From: Anaerolineae bacterium | GTDB taxonomy: Bacteria > Chloroflexota > Anaerolineae > Aggregatilineales > Phototrophicaceae | Direction of reading: 5' to 3' | Assembly: GCA_025454525.1 (NCBI GenBank) | Contig: JALOOG010000024.1 | Location: 2,004-66,003, forward strand | DNA: 64,000 nt | Shown here: positions 1 through 9,186 of the stretch, piece by piece | Layout of the letters: every line of letters begins with the position of its first letter | Position numbering within the stretch: the first letter of the stretch is position 1 | The notes under the pieces: model-generated | Seen by the model: only the letters and a program-made list of their open reading frames with translations | The model's database searches: none | What the model was told of the DNA's origin: nothing | Made by a program: the position numbers and the translations under genes

Positions 1-455
1 ATCAGATCGCGAGTGGTGGTGGCCCAATTGGGTTCACCTTCAAAGGTTTCGCGGGCGGTCTCAATCGCATAACCGTTTAACCGTTGTAAGCTGTAAGTCC
101 CCCCGTTCCCCTCAAAACCGGTGATGATCACGGTGTATTGATCGGTACGGGGTAGGGTGACGGCCTGTAACAGGGCGGCGGTATCCGTCGGATAGTTAAA
201 ATCGTCGTTTTCGGAGATCAACACCCCGGTGCTATTGAATAACTGCACGATCGGATCGAAGCCATTTTCGCCTTCAACATACAATGAGATCACTGCGCCT
301 TCTGTGGCGGAAAATTGCCACGTATCCGCACCATTGGCCGGCACGACCCCAGAGACGGTGACAAAGCTCTCAAGGGTGCGTTGAGCGCGGATCGGAGGCG
401 ATCCGATCGAAAGCGCGATCCATAGGATCAACGGGATTAATCTGCGGGCATCCAT
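1..455 (-). CDS. Secreted protein, N-terminal part only (runs off the window), with a PPC-like (pre-peptidase C-terminal) domain
   Basis: ATG at 455 on the minus strand. Signal peptide MDARRLIPLILWIALSIGSPPIRAQ. Motif DTWQFSATEGAVISLYVEGENGFDPIVQLFNSTG resembles PPC domains. The ORF is still open at position 1. It is absent from the six-frame track because it is incomplete. Confidence 0.45.
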   Translation of the reverse strand, partial: MDARRLIPLILWIALSIGSPPIRAQRTLESFVTVSGVVPANGADTWQFSATEGAVISLYVEGENGFDPIVQLFNSTGVLISENDDFNYPTDTAALLQAVTLPRTDQYTVIITGFEGNGGTYSLQRLNGYAIETARETFEGEPNWATTTRDL

Positions 456-1087
456 GATGGGAACTGTTGTTTTAAGTGATTGAGATAGGTGACGTAATCG
501 GTATGAGACATCTCGCCGCCCTCATTCCAGCGGACTTCTTCGGCCAAATGTAAGCGGCGTTGTTGACCGGCCAACCGGAGATCCGCTTCTTCTTGGCGCG
601 GGCTAAGCTTGGTGTGGTGTTGGGAATAAGGCAAGCTGGGAAAATCTTCCGGTGAGACAAAGGTATAAACCGCGAGATAGTGTTCATCCTGATGTAAGGC
701 GGTAGCGACCATATACCAGCCTTTTGGGATTCGCGTGCGTTTTTTGATCTCAAAATACCAAAATAACACGTTCACATGCTGTGAGCCGTCGATGCGGCGT
801 TCACTTTGAGCTGTGCCACCGCGCCCGATCTCAATATGCTGATCGATCAAACGCACTTCTCGTCCGCTACGCCACCGCCGTTTAAGCGGTGTATCAATGG
901 CTTGAGTGAATACGGCGGCCCCCACTAATCCGCCGAAGATCCCGATCAGATTAAAACCACTTTGGGGGAGCAGAAGGCTCACCAAGAGGTAGATTACCGC
1001 CCACACCACGAGAAACAGCCCAAAAATGGCAACGCGCAAGCCGGCATGTTCTGGATCAACGTTAAATGAAATCATCGACCGCCCCAC
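437..1087 (-). CDS. Hypothetical membrane protein (2 N-terminal TM helices plus a soluble C-terminal domain)
   Basis: 216-aa ORF. Hydrophobic segments VAIFGLFLVVWAVIYLLVSLLL and LIGIFGGLVGAAVFTQAI. No recognised catalytic motif. Confidence 0.5.
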   Translation of the reverse strand: MGRSMISFNVDPEHAGLRVAIFGLFLVVWAVIYLLVSLLLPQSGFNLIGIFGGLVGAAVFTQAIDTPLKRRWRSGREVRLIDQHIEIGRGGTAQSERRIDGSQHVNVLFWYFEIKKRTRIPKGWYMVATALHQDEHYLAVYTFVSPEDFPSLPYSQHHTKLSPRQEEADLRLAGQQRRLHLAEEVRWNEGGEMSHTDYVTYLNHLKQQFPSWMPAD

Positions 1088-1179
1088 CTATCTTTGCAGA
1101 GTACACGGTGACAATGATATATCATTCTGCCACAACTTGGGCAGGGGTAACAGGAGTGATCGCGATCACTCCTGTTAGA

Positions 1180-1890
1180 TTAGAGTTTATTACTAAGCGG
1201 CATGGAATAACCTTGCCCTGGAACCGTCACGATGTAAGTAGGGCGGCGGGCATTTTCTTCGATCTTTTGACGCAAGCGTGAAATGTTCACCCGTAACACG
1301 GAGTAATCATTTTGATAGTTATCGCCCCATACCGCACGTAAAAGTTCTTCATGGGTGACAATCTTGCCTGCTTTTCGCATCAAGATCGCCAAAATACCAT
1401 ATTCGATCGGGGTGAGGTGCAAGCGTTGACCGCGGATCGTCGCTTGACGGCGCGGCATATCTAATTCAAGGCGGCGCACGGTGAGTTTGGTCTCTGGTTT
1501 AGGAGTCCATTCCACCCGCCGCAATAAGGCCCGTACCCGTGCGATCAATTCTTCGGGTGAAAACGGTTTACCGAGATAATCATCTGCGCCTAATTCTAAC
1601 GCATGGACACGATCGCGTTCTTTGCCATGCCCACTCACCACGATCATCGGTAAAAATGAACTTGCGCGCACCATGCGTAATACTTCTAACCCATGAATAT
1701 CGGGCAGATTCAGATCCAACAGCACCAGATCCGGCGCAAGTTGGAGGATCTCTTGAAGCGCGCTTTCGCCGCGATCGACCGACATCACCCGATACCCGAC
1801 ATCGCGCAACAGCGTCCGCATCACTTCGGCGGTATCGTCATCGTCTTCGACAATCAAGATTTGAAAAGTTTGGTCTTGCACCGTAACCAT
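1180..1890 (-). CDS. OmpR-family two-component response regulator (receiver plus winged-helix DNA-binding domain)
   Basis: ILIVEDDDD...LLDLNLPD receiver motifs with the phospho-acceptor Asp. C-terminal trans_reg_C pattern (RVNISRLRQKIE...YIVTVPGQGY). Confidence 0.9.
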   Translation of the reverse strand: MVTVQDQTFQILIVEDDDDTAEVMRTLLRDVGYRVMSVDRGESALQEILQLAPDLVLLDLNLPDIHGLEVLRMVRASSFLPMIVVSGHGKERDRVHALELGADDYLGKPFSPEELIARVRALLRRVEWTPKPETKLTVRRLELDMPRRQATIRGQRLHLTPIEYGILAILMRKAGKIVTHEELLRAVWGDNYQNDYSVLRVNISRLRQKIEENARRPTYIVTVPGQGYSMPLSNKL

Positions 1891-1990
1891 AATGAAACTT
1901 CCGTATAACCTATTTGTAACATCATCTCTTTGTTATACCATAGTTTCGGGGTGGTTGGCATTAACCAAACCGAATTTCTAACGAATCTAA

Positions 1991-2016
1991 ACAAAAACCC
2001 CCGTTTTAGACGGGGG
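1991..2016 (-). terminator. Rho-independent terminator downstream of tRNA-Val
   Basis: Stem CCCCCG/CGGGGG (1998-2003 and 2011-2016) with a 7-nt loop. On the minus strand it is followed by TTTTTGT. Confidence 0.6.
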
Positions 2017-2029
2017 TTGAAGATTAGGA

Positions 2030-2102
2030 TGGGCGCACATGGACTCGAACCATGAACATCTATCTTGTAAGGATAGCGCTCTGCCAATTGAGCTATACAC
2101 CC
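2030..2102 (-). tRNA. tRNA-Val (anticodon TAC)
   Basis: The reverse complement gives GGGTGTATAGCTCAATTGGCAGAGCGCTATCCTTACAAGATAGATGTTCATGGTTCGAGTCCATGTGCGCCCA. Cloverleaf with D-arm AGCTCAATTGGCAGAGC, anticodon loop CTTACAA and T-arm GGTTCGAGTCC. The acceptor stem includes two G-U pairs. Confidence 0.8.
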
Positions 2103-2260
2103 TTCATTTTTGGCAAGTGAGATGATTATACTGAAAGCGGGGTTGTTACGTCAAGGTAAAATTCATCATCATAGGCGCTAGATCCCGTGAATTTAAGTGA
2201 TCAGTTTGAATGTTATTTTGTGTGCCAAGTTCCTAAAGATCATTCCCCCATTTTTACCAT

Positions 2261-2289
2261 TTGACCGCTTTAACAAAGTGTGCTATATT
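2261..2289 (+). promoter_or_regulatory. Candidate sigma70-type promoter for rho (TTGACC, 17-nt spacer, TATATT)
   Basis: TTGACC at 2261-2266 and TATATT at 2284-2289 with a 17-nt spacer. It lies about 250 nt upstream of the rho start, leaving a long C-rich leader. Confidence 0.5.
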
Positions 2290-2538
2290 GACCTCAAACT
2301 ATGGGTATTTCCTTCTTTAGCAGGCGATTCCTCAAAGTCGCTAAGCCGCTCTCTATCTAGCTAATCAACACACAATCCGTTGGGATTCACCCAACACTGT
2401 TCCTAAATTGTTTAGCGATGATCCAACATCACCATCCGGGCAAGCGGCATAGGCTTTCATGAATTGCACAACATCGATCTTGGTCGTCTATGATCAACCT
2501 CAGTCATTTTCACATCACTTAAACCCAACGGAAAGGAG

Positions 2539-3867
2539 TTGGCGTGGGCTTATTTGTCTACGCTCAAAAGTTGCATGGACATCGCACAATTAGAACACAA
2601 AACCTTAGAAGAATTGCGTCAGATCGCACGGGAGGAAAATGTCCCGCGCTTTAGCCGCATGAAAAAACAAGAGTTGATCTTGGGACTCTTGCGCGTGGAG
2701 GCAGAACGTCGCGGACATAAATTGCGTGGCGGAGTCTTGGAAATCATGGAAGAGGGGATCGGTTTCTTACGCGCCGAAAAATATCTCCCCGGCCCAAATG
2801 ACATTTATGTAGCCCAAGCCCAGATCAAACGCTTTGGCTTACGTACCGGAGATATGGTGATCGGTCAGGTGCGCGCTCCCAAAGAGTCCGAAAAATACTA
2901 TGGTCTCTTGCGTGTAGATGCGGTCAATGGCATGAACCCAGAAGAAGCGAAAAATCGCCCCAATTTTGAAGATCTCACCCCGATTTTCCCTGATGAACGC
3001 TTTGATCTGGAAACCAGCCCGCGTATTTTATCCACCCGCATGTTGAATTTAGTCGCTCCGATCGGGCGGGGTCAACGCGGTTTGATTGTATCACCCCCTA
3101 AGTCCGGTAAAACCACCTTGCTAAAAGACATCGCTAACGCGATCAGCCAAAATTATCCTGATGTCCACCTGATGATCGCGCTAATCGGTGAACGTCCGGA
3201 AGAAGTCACCGATATGGATCGCTCGGTTGAAGCCGAAGTGATCGCCGCGACGTTTGATGACCCAGTTCAACATCATGTCCGCGTGGCAGAAATGGCGTTA
3301 GAACGTGCAAAGCGGTTAGTCGAGATGAAACGCGATGTGGTGTTATTGTTAGACAGCATTACCCGCTTGGCGCGTGCCTATAACCTAGTCGTGCCGACCA
3401 GTGGCCGTACTTTGTCGGGCGGTCTTGATCCGTCTGCTATCCAACCGTCAAAACGCATTTTTGGCGCGGGACGTAATGTAGAAGAAGGCGGTAGCCTCAC
3501 GGTGATTGCGACCTGTCTGGTCAACACTAACAGCAAAATGGATGACTTGATCTATGAGGAATTTAAAGGTACTGGCAACATGGAGCTGCATTTGAGCCGT
3601 AAGTTGCAAGAACGCCGAATCTTCCCCGCATTTGACATTGAACAATCATCTACTCGTCGTGAAGAATTGTTGTTAGGGCCGGATGTGTTACAACGGGTGT
3701 GGACGGCGCGCAGAATGTGGTCACACTTGGCGGAAAACGAAGAAGTTGGGCCTGTAGCCGCAACCGAACAGCTGCTCAATAACTTCCGACAATATGATAC
3801 CAACGAGAAATTCTTAAATAGCTTACCCGCGGCCTCTGCTGCAATGATGTCCGGGAATCGTTACTAA
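2539..3867 (+). CDS. rho: Transcription termination factor Rho
   Basis: N-terminal RNA-binding region (LEELRQIAREENVPRFSRMKKQELILGLL). Walker A GQRGLIVSPPKSGKTTLL. Conserved Rho C-terminus. The start is either TTG 2539 or ATG 2575. Confidence 0.9.
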   Translation: MAWAYLSTLKSCMDIAQLEHKTLEELRQIAREENVPRFSRMKKQELILGLLRVEAERRGHKLRGGVLEIMEEGIGFLRAEKYLPGPNDIYVAQAQIKRFGLRTGDMVIGQVRAPKESEKYYGLLRVDAVNGMNPEEAKNRPNFEDLTPIFPDERFDLETSPRILSTRMLNLVAPIGRGQRGLIVSPPKSGKTTLLKDIANAISQNYPDVHLMIALIGERPEEVTDMDRSVEAEVIAATFDDPVQHHVRVAEMALERAKRLVEMKRDVVLLLDSITRLARAYNLVVPTSGRTLSGGLDPSAIQPSKRIFGAGRNVEEGGSLTVIATCLVNTNSKMDDLIYEEFKGTGNMELHLSRKLQERRIFPAFDIEQSSTRREELLLGPDVLQRVWTARRMWSHLAENEEVGPVAATEQLLNNFRQYDTNEKFLNSLPAASAAMMSGNRY

Positions 3868-3893
3868 GATCAACAGGGACTCCCATGTCCCTG

Positions 3894-4667
3894 TTATTCT
3901 CGTATCAACTCAATCCAATAGTGATCGGCAAACCGCGCTAGGCGTTCATAGCCCGCGATCCGACTCTCAAGGTTAGTCAGCAACCCTAACCAACGCGGGC
4001 GTTTTTCGATCACACCATATGCACCACTAGGCGGTAGCAGAATACCCAAGCCCTCTAAATGGGTTTGACGAAAATAACTAGAGAACCTTTGACGCAAGCG
4101 GCGCGGAGAAGGGTAATGCACGCGAATCTCGGTTTCGTTTGATCGGAACGTGGAACCTCCGCGTATGCGTCGTGTGGCCGTGCTAAAATCCAGATGCGCG
4201 GCATTCCAAGCGATCTCCCATAGACACCACGGACTCATCACTCCGAACGCGATTCGCCCGCCGATCTTGACCCGTGGCGCTAACCAATCCGCCAGATCTG
4301 AGAGGTCATTCACGCAGTTGATCACACCGAAATTTGCGACCACACCGTCGTAATTGTCCATAAAATCAGTTGCAGGCAAGCGATTTAGATCTAAATGGCG
4401 AAATTCGGCTAAGGGAGTGTGCTGATTTTTATCACGGGCGACTTGAAGCATCTTTTCGCTTCCGTCGGTTGCCGTGACACGAATGCCTTGTCCGGCTAAA
4501 TGGCGCGCATCTTCCCCCGTGCCACAACCCAATTCTAAAACATGATTTCCCGGCTGCCAGAGGTGATGAAAACGGGCATGAACCCGTCCGCGTAACCATC
4601 GGGCGATCTGGGTATCGGTAAACGTTTGATCATAAGTCGGCGCAAGTGCATCAAAGGCCATACTCAA
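3894..4667 (-). CDS. Class I SAM-dependent methyltransferase
   Basis: Motif I VLELGCGTGEDARHLA. Overall Methyltransf_11/25-like layout. Confidence 0.8.
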   Translation of the reverse strand: MSMAFDALAPTYDQTFTDTQIARWLRGRVHARFHHLWQPGNHVLELGCGTGEDARHLAGQGIRVTATDGSEKMLQVARDKNQHTPLAEFRHLDLNRLPATDFMDNYDGVVANFGVINCVNDLSDLADWLAPRVKIGGRIAFGVMSPWCLWEIAWNAAHLDFSTATRRIRGGSTFRSNETEIRVHYPSPRRLRQRFSSYFRQTHLEGLGILLPPSGAYGVIEKRPRWLGLLTNLESRIAGYERLARFADHYWIELIRE

Positions 4668-4761
4668 TTATCCCCATTGGACGACGATTACGGATGAGTC
4701 TAAAATGTTTCAATAAGTGTAACGTTAAACTCGGTTATGAAGATCAGACGGCTAAGACACA

Positions 4762-5199
4762 CTATTTACGATTGCTGTGTGAGTCAAGTTGTGTGATGAA
4801 TGCTTCAGGGGAAATTCCGAGATCTTGCATTACGGCAAGTTTAGCCATTTGCGCGGGAAGTCCACGAGTCATATGAGTCATGATCTCGCTATAAACCTCT
4901 GAATGCACATAGGGTTTGACATACTTATTTCCAAACTGATATAACCATTCAGTGAGGTTGGTTAGTTGTTCGAGATTACCGCTTTTGACCACATCAGTAG
5001 AATTATCCCCCGACACTTGGTACCAGCGTGCATCCAATTCGGGCTTTTTGGGCCGTAATTGTTCTAATTGCTGATAGAGACGAATCACCTCTTGCTGTGA
5101 TTCAATCAGTTGTTTTTGCAAGGTGTTTTCTCGTTGCAACGCCTCAATTAAGGCCTGTTTAGTTGACATTACCGACAGCCTTTCGATGATTGGGGGCAA
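4762..5199 (-). CDS. Hypothetical protein (coiled-coil N-terminus); third gene of a low-GC islet operon
   Basis: ORF in an AT-rich segment. The probable start is MSTKQ (5169). It overlaps the upstream ORF. No recognisable domain. Confidence 0.4.
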   Translation of the reverse strand: MPPIIERLSVMSTKQALIEALQRENTLQKQLIESQQEVIRLYQQLEQLRPKKPELDARWYQVSGDNSTDVVKSGNLEQLTNLTEWLYQFGNKYVKPYVHSEVYSEIMTHMTRGLPAQMAKLAVMQDLGISPEAFITQLDSHSNRK

Positions 5200-5407
5200 T
5201 TACTTGATAACTTGGCATGGCAGCCAATTTTTGACGACGTTTTTGTTGTCGATTAGCTTTGTAATATTTGAGATAATCTGCATAGATCCCTCGCATAATC
5301 TTAATCATAATGCGATCGCTTTCTGAATTATCAACTTTTTGAGCAAACTCTAGTAAATAGAGCATCTCACGGACTTGGATCAATTGTTCAAGGGTGACTT
5401 CGATCAT
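5159..5407 (-). CDS. Hypothetical small protein (82 aa), low-GC islet
   Basis: ATGA-type overlap with the upstream ORF at 5404-5407. Basic C-terminus. No recognisable domain. Confidence 0.4.
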   Translation of the reverse strand: MIEVTLEQLIQVREMLYLLEFAQKVDNSESDRIMIKIMRGIYADYLKYYKANRQQKRRQKLAAMPSYQVIAPNHRKAVGNVN

Positions 5408-5697
5408 CCAATTAAATCCTTATACTCATCTTCCAACCAAGTTCGTATTGAAAGTGGATAATCCTCTTGGGTGCATAGTTGAATTAACTGTTGTAGATTT
5501 TCTGCATCAAGTTTCGCTTTTTGTGCTTGTAAGTTTTTAAGGTTTTCTTCAACGTATTTGATCACTTCAAGATGAGCATTATCCCCTGTTTCGGCGAATT
5601 TGACACGGGCATACGCTCTCGTAGACATTAAACCTTCTTGATGTTTATAGATCGCCCACAAGTTGTTTTCGTAGCTGCTCATCAGATTTGGCCTCAT
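5404..5697 (-). CDS. Hypothetical small protein (about 92-97 aa); first gene of the low-GC islet operon
   Basis: ORF with an internal candidate start MSSYENNLW. No recognisable domain. Confidence 0.4.
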   Translation of the reverse strand: MRPNLMSSYENNLWAIYKHQEGLMSTRAYARVKFAETGDNAHLEVIKYVEENLKNLQAQKAKLDAENLQQLIQLCTQEDYPLSIRTWLEDEYKDLIG

Positions 5698-6017
5698 CGG
5701 ATCATCGGGCTGGATGATCTCTATTTTACCTGTGTTTTTGAAAAACCCAAAGCCATTTACCGAATACGATCAATTCAAACGCGGTTTACTTAAACAGCGA
5801 TCGCACCATAAGCTTAATTGTAAGATCAAAATTGAAAGCGCAAAAATGAGGTGGAATTGCGATTCAAGGATCATCGGACGCTACTTAAAGAAAATGTACA
5901 GCGTGTTAGCACAGCACGAATGAGCGAAAAAGTCGTAACAAATATGACGTTTTCTCCCGATCGGTTGCATCGGAGCGAGGGTAGCGGTAGAGTCGCCGCT
6001 ATCGATGTCAAGCACTT

Positions 6018-6332
6018 GTGGGAGCAGACTCTATGGCTATCAGCGCTTTAAGTGATGCAGAAATTAGCGAAGGCCTCAATACCTTGAACGGTTGGGAACG
6101 TGAAGACAATCACATCACCAAAACCTATAAATTTACCAGTTACTTAGCCGGAATTGCGTTTGCGAGTGCCGTTGGGGTGGTTGCCGAAGGACTTGATCAT
6201 CACCCCGATCTACTCATTGGGTGGCGTAAAGTCACGATCCGCTTTTCAACCCATGACGCGGGCAATCAGATCAGTCAACGCGATCTAGAGGCAGCGCGGG
6301 CGGTGGACGCATTAGGCTACCCTAAAGCGTGA
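6018..6332 (+). CDS. 4a-hydroxytetrahydrobiopterin dehydratase (pterin-4a-carbinolamine dehydratase, PCD/DCoH)
   Basis: Diagnostic EGLDHHPD...W motif. Family size is about 95-100 aa. The likely start is the MAISAL ATG at about 6033. Confidence 0.8.
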   Translation: MGADSMAISALSDAEISEGLNTLNGWEREDNHITKTYKFTSYLAGIAFASAVGVVAEGLDHHPDLLIGWRKVTIRFSTHDAGNQISQRDLEAARAVDALGYPKA

Positions 6333-7170
6333 TCCGCCAGACCGGAAGATCATACCCATTGCGTTGAAACCCGTAAAACTCATAAAGTCGTTGGGAGCGG
6401 GTGTTGGTGTCCTGTGTGTTGACCGTCAAGGTATGGACGGATTGTCGCTGAAAAAAGCTGATTAAGTGACTCAATAACGCACCACCTATCCCGCGCCCTT
6501 GAAATTCAGGTGCGATCGCTAAACGGGCCAAATGCGCCGCATCGCGATGCCGGGTACTTAATTGATACCCCACCAGTTGATCCTCTAACCATGCCGCTGT
6601 GCAGATCGCCGCTAATTTATAAGCGTGACGTAAATCGGTCTGTGAAAGTTGCCACGGGGCGACAAAGGCCGCTTGATCGATCGCCGCCAACTGGGGGATC
6701 TGTTCGATCTCCACTGGACGAATCCACACTTGCGTCCGCGGTGCAGGGGGCGCAGCGGCCTTTTGACGACGCAAGGTGACGATCAGATCATCCGCTTGAA
6801 ACCCGATATGCGGGATGTGTTCACCCACCCAATCGTCGGTGATCAACAATGAGGCTGAATAAACTGCTTGAGCGCGTAATTCACGATTCAAACTTTCCCA
6901 CAAAATTTTGAGGATCAAGCGTGTTGGTGCGCCGTCTCGAATCGCCAATAAGCGAATCCAACAGGTTTGATGTAACGGTTCAGATGCGCCGATCACACCG
7001 ATTAACGTCTCACCTTCCCAAGCGAGTCGAATCGGGGCGGGGATCTGATCAAGCCAGTTTTCGGTGGTGTACCAATCAAGATGCGTGTGGGTTTGATAGT
7101 TGTGATAGAGCAGGTCTAAGACACCCTTACGATGTCGTCGTTCATAATCAGAGACGGTGTATAACGACAT
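6322..7170 (-). CDS. GNAT-family N-acetyltransferase (two tandem acetyltransferase-like halves)
   Basis: Acetyl-CoA binding motif LAIAPEFQGRGIGGALLSHL. A second, degenerate GNAT-like half lies N-terminal to it. Confidence 0.75.
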   Translation of the reverse strand: MSLYTVSDYERRHRKGVLDLLYHNYQTHTHLDWYTTENWLDQIPAPIRLAWEGETLIGVIGASEPLHQTCWIRLLAIRDGAPTRLILKILWESLNRELRAQAVYSASLLITDDWVGEHIPHIGFQADDLIVTLRRQKAAAPPAPRTQVWIRPVEIEQIPQLAAIDQAAFVAPWQLSQTDLRHAYKLAAICTAAWLEDQLVGYQLSTRHRDAAHLARLAIAPEFQGRGIGGALLSHLISFFQRQSVHTLTVNTQDTNTRSQRLYEFYGFQRNGYDLPVWRITL

Positions 7171-7175
7171 AAGGT

Positions 7176-8565
7176 TTATCGGCGCGGATAGGGGCGTTTG
7201 ACATAAGCGGGCAAGGGGTTAAAGTCCAACGAAACGCATAAACGCGCATCCAAAAAGCGTAACAAGATGCGTTGATCCAATTTATCCACATTCGGCGTAG
7301 TGAATAGCGTGGTTTTACGCGCTACATAGCGGTAATCAATGATCTGAAACACCTTTTCTTGTGACCACGCGGACAGATGATCGGTTTTCAAGTCGTCTAA
7401 GATCAATAATGGCACAGTTCGTAAGTGTTGTAGACGTTGTTCGGTGCTGGACTCGTTTGAATCAGATCGAAAGGTCTTGAGGTAATCCATGAGATCCGGT
7501 AACGCGATCATCAACACATCCTCACCGCGTTCCGCCCGATGGTTGGCGATCGCCGCCGCGAGATGCGTTTTACCCGTGCCATACGCACCATGTAACAGCA
7601 ACCACCGTTCCATCGGTTGCTTAGCATATTCAAACGCCTCTAAAAGCAATTCTTGGGCAATCCGACTTTCTTCGGCCAAGAGATTGGTTTGTGTGTCGAA
7701 CGTCTCAAAAGTCTGATGTTGGTAAAGGTGCAAGGTAGACGCAAGTAACCCCTGTTGGCGTAAGGTTTGGGTGCGATAATCAGGCGCGCTGATCATCACC
7801 AATGAGGTTTTTTCGGTATCCAAGAGACGACTACGGATGCGCGGATCTAGTTTATCCAGATCGGCGTTGGTGGTGATCACGGTAGGTAGATTGTAGCTAT
7901 AACGGTGATTCAACAGTTGGAACAGCTTTTCGATCGCCCACGGACTAGGCTGTTCGACTCCCAGGTCGTCTAAGATCAACAACTCTACATTACGCATCCG
8001 ATCAAACATCTCATCATACGTGGTTTCGGCATTCGGGGCATACGTAGCGCGCAAATGATCCAACAGATCCGGCGTGGTGATAAACAACACGCTGATTCCT
8101 TGCCGTAAACATTGATTGCCGATCGCGGCCGCGAGATGTGTCTTGCCACACCCATATGTCCCACTTAACAACAACCAACTTTCCGGTTTGATCGCAAAAT
8201 CATAGGCGCGTTGATAGGCCATCTTCAGCGAGTTTTGTTCGGCTGGACTGTGAAACAACGAATCGTAAGCGAAGTTTTGAAACGATTTATCGCTGAATGC
8301 GTCTAAATGACTCCAATGGCGCAAGCGATCGATCCGCTCCGAGTCTTGTTCAGGGGAGTAATTGGGGCAACGAAACATCTTGCCAAAACGCGGATCGCTC
8401 ATCGGCACATCGTAACGCAAGCTCCCTAGCCCACCACACAGGATCGCATCCCCTTGCGCGCCACAAAATTTACAGGAGGGGGCGGCCGGTTCAGGGTCTC
8501 CGTCGGAGGAGATCGCTAAGTTCTTTTCGCTCAGCCGCTTCAGCATCTTGTCGATCACGTCTTGC
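7176..8565 (-). CDS. DnaC/DnaI (IstB-like) AAA+ helicase-loader homolog with two tandem ATPase modules and an N-terminal Cys cluster
   Basis: Two complete Walker A/B sets: SGTYGCGKTHLAAAIGN with LLILDDLGVEQ, and HGAYGTGKTHLAAAIAN with LLILDDLKTD. The two halves are clearly paralogous. N-terminal CKFCGAQGDAILCGG. The start is set at MANVKTAQ (8565) rather than the track start 8618, which overlaps the upstream gene by 128 nt. Confidence 0.8.
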
Positions 8566-9186
8566 GCCGTCTTCACGTTTGCCATCCTTTTTCCAGCGTT
8601 CAAGAATCGCCCGGACATAGCGTAAATTGCGTTTATTCATCTCGACGCTGATCTGGATCGCTTCCCGTAACCATTCTGCGCCAAATTCGCGTTCCGCGTC
8701 TTTTAATTCTTCGGCAATCATTGGGGTGAGGCCGCCGAAATTGTCCTCATATAGTTTATAGATCGTCGGGCGTTCTGGTAAGATCTGAATCGGATGTTCG
8801 TGATCGCCCGGTTGCCAACGCTGTTCCTGAATCTGCATGATCGCCGCTTGACCCGCCGGGCTATTGGCAAAATAGAGTTTTTCACAATGTCCCTCAAAGG
8901 TGATCTCCGCCCGTAACAGGGTTTGCCGTTGTACCGCGGCGATCAAGGCCTGTTCTAACGCATCACCGATCAGCCCGTGCATGTGAGCGACTTCCGGCGC
9001 GGTAAAATCGGCATGTCGCAAGTACCGAAATTCATCGCGGTCTTTTTGTTGTAAGGCCCATAACGCATAAACCGTGATCTTTAACTCATCTAGATCATCG
9101 ATAATCGGCAACAATTCGCTAAAAAAGGTCGCCGGAATCCGAATTTGATGATCGCGTTGCGAGAAACCGTTAAACCGTTGAATCAT
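8491..9186 (-). CDS. DnaD-domain replication initiation protein (DnaD/DnaB-firmicute-like)
   Basis: C-terminal DnaD-like motif YEDNFGGLTPMIAEELKDAEREFGAEWLREAIQISV...NLRYVRAILERWKKDG. It sits directly downstream of dnaB with no gap. Confidence 0.7.
   Translation of the reverse strand: MIQRFNGFSQRDHQIRIPATFFSELLPIIDDLDELKITVYALWALQQKDRDEFRYLRHADFTAPEVAHMHGLIGDALEQALIAAVQRQTLLRAEITFEGHCEKLYFANSPAGQAAIMQIQEQRWQPGDHEHPIQILPERPTIYKLYEDNFGGLTPMIAEELKDAEREFGAEWLREAIQISVEMNKRNLRYVRAILERWKKDGKREDGARRDRQDAEAAERKELSDLLRRRP

Noticed and set aside
472-753. 93-aa minus-strand ORF overlapping the 437-1087 gene
   Set aside because: It lies completely inside the longer membrane-protein ORF in another frame. 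There is no independent support.
1539-1908. Plus-strand ORFs antisense to the response-regulator gene
   Set aside because: They are antisense to a confidently identified OmpR-family regulator.
5714-6051. Two small plus-strand ORFs (69 and 66 aa) in the divergent intergenic region of the low-GC islet
   Set aside because: AT-rich non-coding-looking sequence between divergent promoters, with no RBS or recognisable features. They could hide a real small gene, but there is no support from sequence alone.
7176-8618. Track start 8618 for the DnaC-like gene (480 aa)
   Set aside because: That start overlaps the upstream DnaD-like gene by 128 nt. The internal ATG at 8565 (MANVKTAQ) gives a more plausible gene boundary.
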